Of a DNA stretch of 64,000 nt, positions 46,539 through 54,671 are shown in pieces; the stretch's first letter is position 1; every line of letters begins with the position of its first letter. Source of the stretch: an uncultured Ignavibacteriales bacterium (GTDB taxonomy: Bacteria; Zixibacteria; MSB-5A5; GN15; FEB-12); the NCBI GenBank assembly GCA_964518635.1, contig CAZFGK010000001.1:71085-135084 (forward strand), given 5' to 3'. The notes beneath the pieces are model-generated. The model did not search any database. It was not told where the DNA came from and was given only the letters and a program-made list of their open reading frames with translations. Position numbers and translations under genes: made by a program.

Positions 46539-48971
46539 ATGTCATACGAGCGCCAGCGCATAGAGCCGATCATTCTCGAAGAGGAGATGAAATCCTCCTA
46601 TCTCGACTATTCGATGTCGGTGATCACTAACCGTGCCCTGCCGGATATCCGCGACGGCCTCAAACCCTCCAATCGGCGCATTCTGGTCGCCATGAACGAT
46701 CTGAACCTCCAGCCCGGTCGTCCGCATCGTAAATGCGCCAAAATCGCCGGTGACACCTCCGGAAACTACCATCCCCACGGCGAACAGGTGGTCTATCCAA
46801 CTCTTGTCCGTATGGCGCAGGATTTCAACATGCGCTACCCGCTCATCGACGGTCAGGGGAATTTTGGCTCGATCGATGGGGATGAAGCGGCGGCGATGCG
46901 TTATACGGAAGCCCGTCTGACCCCCATCGCGGTCGAAATGCTCGCCGATCTCGAAAAAGAGACGGTCGACTTCATGCCCAACTACGACGGCACCCTCCAG
47001 GAGCCGAAAGTCCTCCCCGGCAAGTTCCCGAATCTCCTTTGCAATGGGGTCACCGGTATCGCCGTCGGAATGGCGACCAGTATCCCCCCGCATAATCTCC
47101 GCGAAGTCGCTAACGCTATTGTTGCGGTAATCGACGACTCCGAAGTAACGAACGAAGACCTGATGGTCCATGTCCCCGGACCGGATTTCCCGACAGGCGG
47201 AATTATTACCGGTCGCGAAGGGATCCGTCAGGCGTACATGACCGGTCGTGGGCAATGCTCCGTTCGAGCACGTGTTGTCATCGAACAGATTCGAGCCGGG
47301 AAAGAGGCAATTGTTGTCACCGAACTTCCCTATCAGGTCAACAAAGCGAACCTGATCGAAAAGATCGCCGACCTCGTTCGTGACAAACGGATCGAAGGAA
47401 TCTCCGATCTGCGTGACGAATCCGACCGTGATGGAATGCGTTTGGTCATTGAACTCAAGCGGGATGCCCAGGCCGATATCGTGTTGAATCAGCTTTACAG
47501 TCTGACTACGATGCAGACCAGTTTTTCATCGATCATGCTTTCATTGGATGGCGGCGTACCGAAGCAGATGTCACTCAAGCAGATGATTGAAGCGTTTATT
47601 ATCCATCGTCATGAAATTGTCGAACGCCGTACGAAATATGATCTGCGCAAGGCCGAAGAGCGCGCCCATATCCTCGAAGGGCTGCGGATCGCACTCGACA
47701 ATATCGACGCCATCATCGCCCTGATTCGCGGCTCCAAAGACACCCCGACTGCGCGCGAAGGGCTAATGAAATCATTCAAGCTCTCCGAGATTCAGGCGAA
47801 TGCGATTCTCGATATGCGCTTGCAGCGTTTGACCGGACTTGAACGTCAGAAGATCGAAGATGAATATCAAGAGCTGGTCGTTCGCATCGCCGACTACAAA
47901 GCGATTCTCGCTTCACGCGAACGCCGCATGAAAATTATCCGCACTGAGACGATTGAACTCGCTGAAAAATACGGGGATGATCGCCGCACAGAAATTCAGG
48001 ATGCAGTCGGTGAGTTTACGGTCGAAGACCTGATCGCCGAAGAGGATATGGTGATCACCATTTCGCATCTCGGCTATGTCAAACGTCTCTCTGTCTCCCA
48101 ATACCGCAAGCAGGCACGCGGCGGCAAGGGCGTGATCGGGATGGAGACGAAGGAAGAGGATTTTGTCGAGCATCTCTTCGTCGCCTCGACCCATGATTAC
48201 ATCCTCTTCTTCTCCAATCGCGGTCGCTGCTATTGGGTGAAGGTGCATGAGATTCCGGTCGGCGGCAAACTCGCCAAAGGAAAACCGATGGTCAATCTCT
48301 GCCAGATCAGCAAAGATGAGATCATCAGCGCCTTCTGCAAAGTGCGTGAGTTTGTCGAAGACAAATTTGTCGTCATGGCATCCAAGCATGGCATCATCAA
48401 GAAGACTTCTCTTGATGCATTCTCCAATCCGCGTAAAGCTGGTGTGAATGCGATGGATATCGATCCAGAATCCGGTGATGAACTGATCAAGGCGGCAATC
48501 ACTGACGGGACATATGAAGTCCTGCTTGGCACACGTCAGGGGATGGCGATTCGATTCAACGAAGAAAAGGTCCGCGCCATGGGACGGGCTGCATACGGCG
48601 TGAAAGGAATCGAACTCGACGAAGGGGATTATGTCATCGGCATGATTGTCGTCGCGCGCGAATCAACGATTCTGGTGGTCTGCGAAAATGGGTACGGTAA
48701 GAGAACGTCGCTTGAAGATTACCGCATCACCAATCGAGGTGGTAAAGGCGTGATCAATGTGAAGACCACTGAACGGAATGGCGAAGTGGTGGCGATTATG
48801 GAAGTGCTCGATTCAGATGATCTGATTCTGATCACGAAAAACGGAATCGCAAACCGCCAGGCCATTGGCCAGATCAATGTGATCGGCCGCAACACACAGG
48901 GCGTGCGCTTGATTTCCCTCAAGGGTGACGACGTGGTGACCGATGCAGCGGTGGTGGTGAGAGAGGAGTAG
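46539..48971 (+). CDS. gyrA: DNA gyrase subunit A
   Basis: 810 aa. Near-universal GyrA motifs are present ([37 protein letters not shown] with the catalytic Tyr). C-terminal beta-pinwheel repeats. RBS AAGGAG. Confidence 0.97.
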   Translation: MSYERQRIEPIILEEEMKSSYLDYSMSVITNRALPDIRDGLKPSNRRILVAMNDLNLQPGRPHRKCAKIAGDTSGNYHPHGEQVVYPTLVRMAQDFNMRYPLIDGQGNFGSIDGDEAAAMRYTEARLTPIAVEMLADLEKETVDFMPNYDGTLQEPKVLPGKFPNLLCNGVTGIAVGMATSIPPHNLREVANAIVAVIDDSEVTNEDLMVHVPGPDFPTGGIITGREGIRQAYMTGRGQCSVRARVVIEQIRAGKEAIVVTELPYQVNKANLIEKIADLVRDKRIEGISDLRDESDRDGMRLVIELKRDAQADIVLNQLYSLTTMQTSFSSIMLSLDGGVPKQMSLKQMIEAFIIHRHEIVERRTKYDLRKAEERAHILEGLRIALDNIDAIIALIRGSKDTPTAREGLMKSFKLSEIQANAILDMRLQRLTGLERQKIEDEYQELVVRIADYKAILASRERRMKIIRTETIELAEKYGDDRRTEIQDAVGEFTVEDLIAEEDMVITISHLGYVKRLSVSQYRKQARGGKGVIGMETKEEDFVEHLFVASTHDYILFFSNRGRCYWVKVHEIPVGGKLAKGKPMVNLCQISKDEIISAFCKVREFVEDKFVVMASKHGIIKKTSLDAFSNPRKAGVNAMDIDPESGDELIKAAITDGTYEVLLGTRQGMAIRFNEEKVRAMGRAAYGVKGIELDEGDYVIGMIVVARESTILVVCENGYGKRTSLEDYRITNRGGKGVINVKTTERNGEVVAIMEVLDSDDLILITKNGIANRQAIGQINVIGRNTQGVRLISLKGDDVVTDAAVVVREE

Positions 48972-48977
48972 GAGGGG

Positions 48978-49874
48978 ATGTCTATCTTCTTGACGTATCT
49001 TGTATTGCTAATCCTGACTAGTCTTACGGGAAGTAGTGTCAAAGCTATGACTCTCGATGATATCGTCAAGAGCACATATAGGATACTGGACACGAAGGGT
49101 AGATTTGCCGGAACCTGTGTAATTGCAGTTGACGAGAGTGAAAAGAGAAAATTCCTGATAACCGCCGGCCACGTGCTTGATGGAATTGCAGGTGATACCC
49201 TTGTTTTGATATCGAGAATACCAGATGGGGTGACACATAGGGATTTCAAAATAGCTTTGCGTCAAAAAGGTAAGAACTTCTATAAAAAGCACTTGAAGAA
49301 TGTAGACGTTGCTGTGTTGGAAGTCACTTTAGGTCTTGGAGCATTTTATTGTCTTGAAGTAAAACTGTTTGCAAGCAAGAGCGACTGGAATAATCACGAA
49401 CTTCATTCGGGTGATGAATTAAAGGCAATTGGATTTCCGAGAGGATTTCAACACACATCAGCCGACTTGCCCTTTGTGAGAACTTGCTGGATCGGCTCAA
49501 TTGTTGCACGACCTTTCGACACTCTACCCGATTTCATTATCGATGGATTTCTCTTCAATGGAAATTCAGGCGGTCCAGTTGTTTTGCCTGCTGGAGGAAA
49601 AGTTGCAGGTCTTACCGTTGAAGGTGGAGGTTGGCGCATTCTAGGACTAGTACAAGGTGGCATGGACCCTTTTGCTGAGGTCTACATATACGGTAAGGAC
49701 ACTGCCTCAAGAATTCTTGATCAGTCCCGCAAAGATAGAATCCCTTATGACAGCATGGTTTCTTGGGCATATCCGAATGTCCGCGGTGTGACCATGAATT
49801 CGATCGGTGCGACCGTATGTGTTAAGTCTACGGCCGTACTCGAAGTGTTGGAATACTTCGGAGTAAGACCATAA
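48978..49874 (+). CDS. Secreted trypsin-like (S1/PA-clan) serine protease
   Basis: Signal peptide. Catalytic triad contexts TAGHVL, DVAVLE and GNSGGPVV. GGAGG RBS lies inside the gyrA stop region. GC is clearly lower than in gyrA. Confidence 0.8.
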   Translation: MSIFLTYLVLLILTSLTGSSVKAMTLDDIVKSTYRILDTKGRFAGTCVIAVDESEKRKFLITAGHVLDGIAGDTLVLISRIPDGVTHRDFKIALRQKGKNFYKKHLKNVDVAVLEVTLGLGAFYCLEVKLFASKSDWNNHELHSGDELKAIGFPRGFQHTSADLPFVRTCWIGSIVARPFDTLPDFIIDGFLFNGNSGGPVVLPAGGKVAGLTVEGGGWRILGLVQGGMDPFAEVYIYGKDTASRILDQSRKDRIPYDSMVSWAYPNVRGVTMNSIGATVCVKSTAVLEVLEYFGVRP

Positions 49875-50033
49875 GTCGAGTAGTCCTGATCGACCTGTCC
49901 TGATCCCAGCTGCGGATCGAATGACCAGATCAGGTTCCTGGTTCTTCAAAATCGCTCACGATAAAATTCAGACCAACAACCCACCGCACTCCAAGCTGCG
50001 CTTGCATACGAAGTGGGGCACGATAATGGACAT

Positions 50034-50063
50034 CACCCTTCGACAAGCTCAGGGTGACAAGAG
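50034..50063 (+). repeat. Solo family-A repeat arm
   Basis: CACCCTTCGACAAGCTCAGGGTGACAAGAG. A degenerate second copy lies at 50103-50123. Confidence 0.7.
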
Positions 50064-50151
50064 ACCGCACCGAAGATTGAACCCGCCCTAGAAGACCGAA
50101 CGCCACCCTTCGCAACGTGACAATTCTCTTCAACACCATACATTCCCCCCT

Positions 50152-50514
50152 ATGCCTACACTCTTTACTCGCATTGAATCACTGTTCATCCTCGCGCTGG
50201 CGGTTGGTGCGTATGCGCATTTCGAGCTGAGTTGGTGGACATTCGGCATTCTGTTTCTCGTGCCGGATATCTCAATGCTCGGTTATCTGCGCAATGCGAG
50301 AATTGGCGCGATTGTCTATAACATTGGTCACAGCTATTTCATGCCAGTCGGAATGCTTGCGTTGTACTGGTTTGCAGGGAGCTTGAATATTCAGGCAGAG
50401 TGGGCGTTGCCGGTGGGATTGATCTGGGGGGCGCATATTGCCTTTGATCGCGCGCTCGGATTCGGATTGAAATATCCGACCGGATTCAAGGATACCGATT
50501 TGGGGAAGTTGTAG
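50152..50514 (+). CDS. DUF4260-family membrane protein
   Basis: 120 aa. ...LFLVPDISMLGYL...GAIVYNIGHSYFMP...GAHIAFDRALGFGLKYPTGF matches the DUF4260 pattern as I recall it. Confidence 0.75.
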   Translation: MPTLFTRIESLFILALAVGAYAHFELSWWTFGILFLVPDISMLGYLRNARIGAIVYNIGHSYFMPVGMLALYWFAGSLNIQAEWALPVGLIWGAHIAFDRALGFGLKYPTGFKDTDLGKL

Positions 50515-50539
50515 AGACAGTAGATCCGTTGATAAAACT

Positions 50540-50632
50540 CTGGTAGGGCAGGTCCCGCTTCGGAACCTGCCATTTTTCCAAAATAGAAAATACGTAAAGA
50601 GGCCGGTTCGGAAGCCGGACCGTCCCTACAAG
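50540..50632. repeat. Family-B palindromic element (93 bp, imperfect terminal inverted repeats CTGGTAGGGCAGG / CCGTCCCTACAAG); the left arm doubles as the terminator of the DUF4260 gene
   Basis: Left-arm hairpin GGCAGGT-N11-ACCTGCC followed by ATTTTT. The right arm GGCCGGTTCGGAAGCCGGACCGTCCCTACAAG is in inverse orientation. The architecture matches 51617-51696. Confidence 0.65.
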
Positions 50633-50640
50633 AACGGATA

Positions 50641-50672
50641 CCTCCCTTCGACATGCTCAGGGTGACAAGAGG
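50641..50672 (+). repeat. Solo family-A repeat arm
   Basis: CCTCCCTTCGACATGCTCAGGGTGACAAGAGG, nearly identical to 50034-50063. Confidence 0.7.
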
Positions 50673-50745
50673 GGTAGTCCGGCCCGCCGCGGCGGGTGCC
50701 GCCCACACACAGATACCAGCCGTCCACTCAGAATGTCAATATCTT

Positions 50746-50873
50746 CGGTGCCCCACTGCGCAGACGACGGAGTCGGCCAGCGGTGGGTTCCCGGTCTGAG
50801 TTTTTCTGAATGAATATTGACCAGGAACCCACCCCTTGTTCACGCGTTGCGTGAACTACGGAGTGGGGCACCG
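50746..50873. repeat. 128-nt nested inverted-repeat element (family C ends); either a structured ncRNA or a palindromic mobile element
   Basis: Perfect 12-bp outer IR CGGTGCCCCACT (50746-57) / AGTGGGGCACCG (50862-73). Perfect 10-bp inner IR GGTGGGTTCC (50782-91) / GGAACCCACC (50824-33). 8-bp hairpin GTTCACGC-GTT-GCGTGAAC (50838-56). Confidence 0.6.
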
Positions 50874-50926
50874 AGAAAAATACCCCGCACCCGAAGCGGT
50901 TGCGGGCCACCAGGAATTCTCCCAAC

Positions 50927-50957
50927 AAAAAAAACGAGGCATCTTGCGATACCTCGT
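50927..50957 (-). terminator. Rho-independent terminator of the RRM-protein gene
   Basis: The minus strand reads ACGAGGTATC-GCAA-GATGCCTCGT followed by T8. Confidence 0.75.
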
Positions 50958-51023
50958 TGATTCGTCGAAAATATTCTCAGCGGTCAATCAGCCGCGACCA
51001 TATTTCTTCTGAAGAGCTACGGT

Positions 51024-51347
51024 CTAGTAACGGGACTTGCGGTAGTTTCCGCCGCCGCCACCACGATTGCCACCGCCGCCTGCACCGCCACGTCCACCAC
51101 CCTCAGTCTTCGGGCGGGCTTCGTTGACGCTCAGCGTACGGCCATCAAGGTCGGCACCATTGAGCGCGCTGATCGCGGCACTGGCTTGATCCTTGTTCGG
51201 CATTTCCACAAATGCGAAACCACGGCGTGCGCCGGTTTCACGATCGGTGACGATGGTAACGGTGCTGACATCACCGTGGGCCGCGAATGCATCGCGGAGT
51301 TGATCTTCGGTCGTGTTAAACGACATGTTTCCGATGTAGATATTCAC
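51024..51347 (-). CDS. RRM-type RNA-binding protein with Gly/Arg-rich tail
   Basis: (V)NIYIGNMSF is RNP2 and RGFAFVEM is RNP1. C-terminal tail GGGRGGAGGGGNRGGGGGNYRKSRY. The start is placed at the GTG at 51347 (cac 51345-47), because RNP2 normally sits at the very N-terminus. Confidence 0.88.
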   Translation of the reverse strand: MNIYIGNMSFNTTEDQLRDAFAAHGDVSTVTIVTDRETGARRGFAFVEMPNKDQASAAISALNGADLDGRTLSVNEARPKTEGGGRGGAGGGGNRGGGGGNYRKSRY

Positions 51348-51616
51348 TCTACACTCACTTTCTGCAGGTGACCGCTTCAAACACGTCCACGGCAATATGC
51401 CTCAGACGGGCGGTCACACTCATGTGCGCACCATTGCGCTTCGGTTGTGAGATTGATTGTGGCGGCGATTGTCGATTGACACAACACAACGAAACAATAG
51501 ATACTCAAACCATTGAACTTGAAAAACATACCACCCTTGGCCACGAGAGTAAAGCGGTATGTTTGGATTTGGTAAATCCCTGTAAGGGATGACGGAGTAT
51601 GGTGTTAGAGGAAACT

Positions 51617-51696
51617 CTTGTAGGGCGGGATCGCTTTGGTTCCCGCCTGTCTGGTTCAAGAGAGAGGCGGGTAGCAAGGCCAACCCGCCCTACAAG
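51617..51696. repeat. Family-B palindromic element (80 bp, perfect 13-bp terminal inverted repeats)
   Basis: CTTGTAGGGCGGG...TCCCGCC / GGCGGG...CCCGCCCTACAAG. Each arm is itself a hairpin. The central TGTCTGGTTCA 11-mer recurs at 11171-11181. Confidence 0.7.
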
Positions 51697-51766
51697 ATCA
51701 ATCGAATGAGATTCTCTTCCCCGTTCCTGCTTGCACCAGATAGAAAAACATATAGACATTTGAAAC

Positions 51767-52105
51767 ATGATCCGTCAATCTCGTCCCTATCTCAAACGTG
51801 AAGTCTTCATCTCTCGACTGGTGCGCACGATACTCGGTGTCGGTGGATTGGTAATTGTCTGGCTCATCCTCGGCATGTGTGGCTATCACTGGCTGGCGAA
51901 TTTGTCATGGATCGATTCACTGTTGAATGCGTCGATGATCATGAGCGGGATGGGAGAGATCGATCCGCTGACCAATTCATCGGCGAAGATCTTTGCCAGC
52001 GTCTATGCGATTCTGAGCGGCGTGATCTTTCTCGGCGGCATCGGGATTGTCGCCTCACCGATTGTGCATCGATTCTTACACCGGTTTCACTTAGAAGAAG
52101 AATAG
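51767..52105 (+). CDS. Small 2-TM membrane protein with pore-loop-like layout
   Basis: 112 aa: TM1 (ILGVGGLVIVWLILGMCGY), a short amphipathic segment (SWIDSLLNASMIMSGMGEIDP), then TM2 (IFASVYAILSGVIFLGGIGIV). The coding call is by ORF length and hydrophobicity only. Confidence 0.55.
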   Translation: MIRQSRPYLKREVFISRLVRTILGVGGLVIVWLILGMCGYHWLANLSWIDSLLNASMIMSGMGEIDPLTNSSAKIFASVYAILSGVIFLGGIGIVASPIVHRFLHRFHLEEE

Positions 52106-52116
52106 CAGAGCACGTA

Positions 52117-53298
52117 TCAGAGCTGCTTGAGCTGCTCGACTGCTTGAGCGAGATCCTCATCCGGCACCGCGACGCAAAAACGAACCCACTGGTGCCCCTT
52201 TGCATCCGGGACAAAATCATTCGACGGTACTGCACCGACTTTTGTGCGTTCGATCATTTGATCTACAAACTCCAACGCATTCAACTCCGGCGCGAATGAA
52301 CTGAAATCGGCCATCACATAGTAGGCCCCCTGCGGACGCATGACTTTCAGGCCGAGTTTCTCGATTGCATCGCAGAAAAATTGACGTTTACGGGCATACA
52401 TTTCGTTCATCTCAGAATAGAAACTATCCGGAAAATGATCAATCGCAGTGGCGACTCCCTGCTGAAGCGGCGCAGGAGCGCAGACGTAGATATTGTCCAC
52501 GACCGCCACCAGTCGCTCAATGATATGCCGAGGTGCAGCTAGAAATCCGATTCGCCAGCCAGTGATTGCAAATGTTTTCGAATAGCCGCCAATGGTAATG
52601 GTATGATCTTTCAGCCCCGGCAGTGATGCGGCGGAGGTATGGGTGTGACCATCATAAGTCATGTATTCATAAATTTCGTCAGTCACCATGAGGGCGTTGT
52701 TTGCTTTGCAGGATTTTCCGATGCGAGTCAGTTCATCTTTGGAGAAGACTTTCCCGGTCGGATTGCCGGGAGTATTGACCAGCACGAATTTGACATTCGG
52801 AGTCATTGCCCGGTCGAATTCATCCCATGCAATCTCCCAGTTCGGAGCGTTTAGATTGACATAGTGAATTTCGACCCCGTAGCGACGGAGGGAATTGTCA
52901 TAGTAGGGATAGAACGGCGTAAAGCTGACCACCGCATCCCCCGGATTGAGCATTGTCGCGCAGATTCCCTCGAATGCACCGGTGGCACCATGCGTGATGA
53001 CAATTTCGGTCTCAGGATCGTAATGTACCTTGTTGAATCGATCGAGTTTGTGGGAGATCGCCGTGCGAAGAGAGAGCAGTCCGGCCGGGTTCGTGTAGCG
53101 ATTGACGCCGGCATCAATGGCGGCATGTGCCGCAGCGACGACTTCTTTTGGAACAGGTAACAGGCAGACTCCCTGCCCCAGATTGATTCCGCCGATCTCC
53201 GCAATGCGAATAGAAACCTTGCGCAAGGACGGGGTCACCAGCGCACTGGCCTGAGAGGAAAAGAAATTCGGAGCGAGAGTCGGAGCGGTCACCAGCAA
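52117..53298 (-). CDS. Class I/II PLP-dependent aminotransferase (probable methionine-salvage transaminase)
   Basis: Fold-type I motifs are present, including the PLP-lysine context GYSKTFAITGWRIGF. It is the last gene of the mtn cluster. TTG start. Confidence 0.85.
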   Translation of the reverse strand: MLVTAPTLAPNFFSSQASALVTPSLRKVSIRIAEIGGINLGQGVCLLPVPKEVVAAAHAAIDAGVNRYTNPAGLLSLRTAISHKLDRFNKVHYDPETEIVITHGATGAFEGICATMLNPGDAVVSFTPFYPYYDNSLRRYGVEIHYVNLNAPNWEIAWDEFDRAMTPNVKFVLVNTPGNPTGKVFSKDELTRIGKSCKANNALMVTDEIYEYMTYDGHTHTSAASLPGLKDHTITIGGYSKTFAITGWRIGFLAAPRHIIERLVAVVDNIYVCAPAPLQQGVATAIDHFPDSFYSEMNEMYARKRQFFCDAIEKLGLKVMRPQGAYYVMADFSSFAPELNALEFVDQMIERTKVGAVPSNDFVPDAKGHQWVRFCVAVPDEDLAQAVEQLKQL

Positions 53299-53374
53299 TG
53301 TCCTTTCGTGTTCATGAACGGGGGGAAACTACGCGAGTTCAGCCCAGCAGGAAAGTGTTCATTCACTCGACGAT

Positions 53375-54073
53375 TCAACGAAATAGAATCTCATCAAATG
53401 ATAGAACTCGTGACCACTCACCGCTCTGCTCTTTGTTTCCGGGACGAACAGAGAGCAGCACTGCGAATCCGGCCTCCTGTGCGGCAGTAAGTTCTTCTGC
53501 GATGTCGGAAACGAAAAGCATCTGACGTGGCTCAAGTCCTATCAGTTTTGCGATTGTTGCGTAGCTGGATGCAGCTCGTTTTGGTCCGACGGCTGTATCG
53601 AAATAGCCGCTGATGAACGAAGTGAGATCGCCAAAGACCGAGTGATCGAAAATGAGTCGCTGCGCCGGAACGCTGCCGGATGAGTAGATGTAGATACCAA
53701 GTCTCGCCTCAAGCCATTTCTCAAATGCCTTTGGTACATCTGGATAGAGTTCACCTCGAAGCACACCATTCTCATAGCCAGATTTCCAGATTTTCCCCTG
53801 AATTGTTTTGAGTCCGCGTGACTTGCGATCAAGCTGCATGAGCCAGCGTACATACTCAAGTGGTGGATCGGACCAAAGCGGGAGATCGTTGGCTGTCTCT
53901 TGCTCATACTCTTTGCGAAGCTGCTTACGGTCGGATTCTTCGAGCGAAGTTCTCAAGAACTCCTCAAGATGCGCTGCTGCATGGGGGAAGAGTTTTTGAT
54001 AAACAAAATCGACCGGAGTGGTAGTTCCTTCGATATCGAGAAGGAGAGCTCTGATCTGTTTGAATGATGCCAC
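53375..54073 (-). CDS. mtnC: Enolase-phosphatase E1 / acireductone synthase (HAD superfamily)
   Basis: ALLLDIEGTTTPVDFVYQKLFP is the E1 N-terminal signature with the HAD DxE/DxT nucleophile motif. The C-terminus has FVSDIAEEL. Confidence 0.85.
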   Translation of the reverse strand: MASFKQIRALLLDIEGTTTPVDFVYQKLFPHAAAHLEEFLRTSLEESDRKQLRKEYEQETANDLPLWSDPPLEYVRWLMQLDRKSRGLKTIQGKIWKSGYENGVLRGELYPDVPKAFEKWLEARLGIYIYSSGSVPAQRLIFDHSVFGDLTSFISGYFDTAVGPKRAASSYATIAKLIGLEPRQMLFVSDIAEELTAAQEAGFAVLLSVRPGNKEQSGEWSRVLSFDEILFR

Positions 54074-54099
54074 GTGAAAAAAGTCAGAAACGACAGCCG

Positions 54100-54666
54100 C
54101 TAGAGCCGTTGCAGGGATGGTGGAATGTAGGTCAGCCCGAAGCAGACCGGCATATACCCTTTGTCGACACCGCTTTCAGAATAGTGTGGAGTCCAGCCAC
54201 CGGCATCCTGGAAGAGGCGAATAGCGCGAATCCGTTTGTCGCCGCACAGATCAAACCAGTGCAGAGTCCCGGCGGGAACACGAAGCAGATCCCCCTTGCC
54301 GACTTCGATAGCCACCACTGGAGCATCCTTCGGATGAATATGAAAAATCCCGTGCCCTTCGATGATAAAGCGGACTTCATCTTCGTCATGCCAGTGCTCT
54401 TTGTTAAAACGGTCGAGCATCGTCTGCAAATTCGGCGTGTCCGGTTTGACATCGATGACATCGGCGGTGACATAGCCACCGGAGGTTTTCAATTGCTCAA
54501 TCTCTTCGGCATAGGTATTCAGGATCTGTTCAGCAGGAACGGAATCAGAGAGGTCGTAGTTGGTGTCCCATCGTTCGCATCCGATATTGATCGTCGCCAG
54601 ATATGCCTTGGCTTCGTCAAAGTCATTGATCTCACGTTGTTCATTCGGCACTCGTACAATTGGCAT
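54100..54666 (-). CDS. mtnD: Acireductone dioxygenase (ARD, cupin)
   Basis: EHWHDEDEVRFIIEGHGIFHI and GDLLRVPAGTLHWF are cupin metal-ligand motifs of the ARD family. Confidence 0.9.
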   Translation of the reverse strand: MPIVRVPNEQREINDFDEAKAYLATINIGCERWDTNYDLSDSVPAEQILNTYAEEIEQLKTSGGYVTADVIDVKPDTPNLQTMLDRFNKEHWHDEDEVRFIIEGHGIFHIHPKDAPVVAIEVGKGDLLRVPAGTLHWFDLCGDKRIRAIRLFQDAGGWTPHYSESGVDKGYMPVCFGLTYIPPSLQRL

Positions 54667-54671
54667 CTCAA

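Noticed and set aside
46542-47255. 237-codon ORF antisense to the 5' third of gyrA, plus the further antisense ORFs 47913..48389 and 48719..49249.
   Set aside because: These are mirror-frame artefacts of a highly conserved gene. Their translations are low-complexity and Arg/Gly/Val-rich, with no start-site signals.
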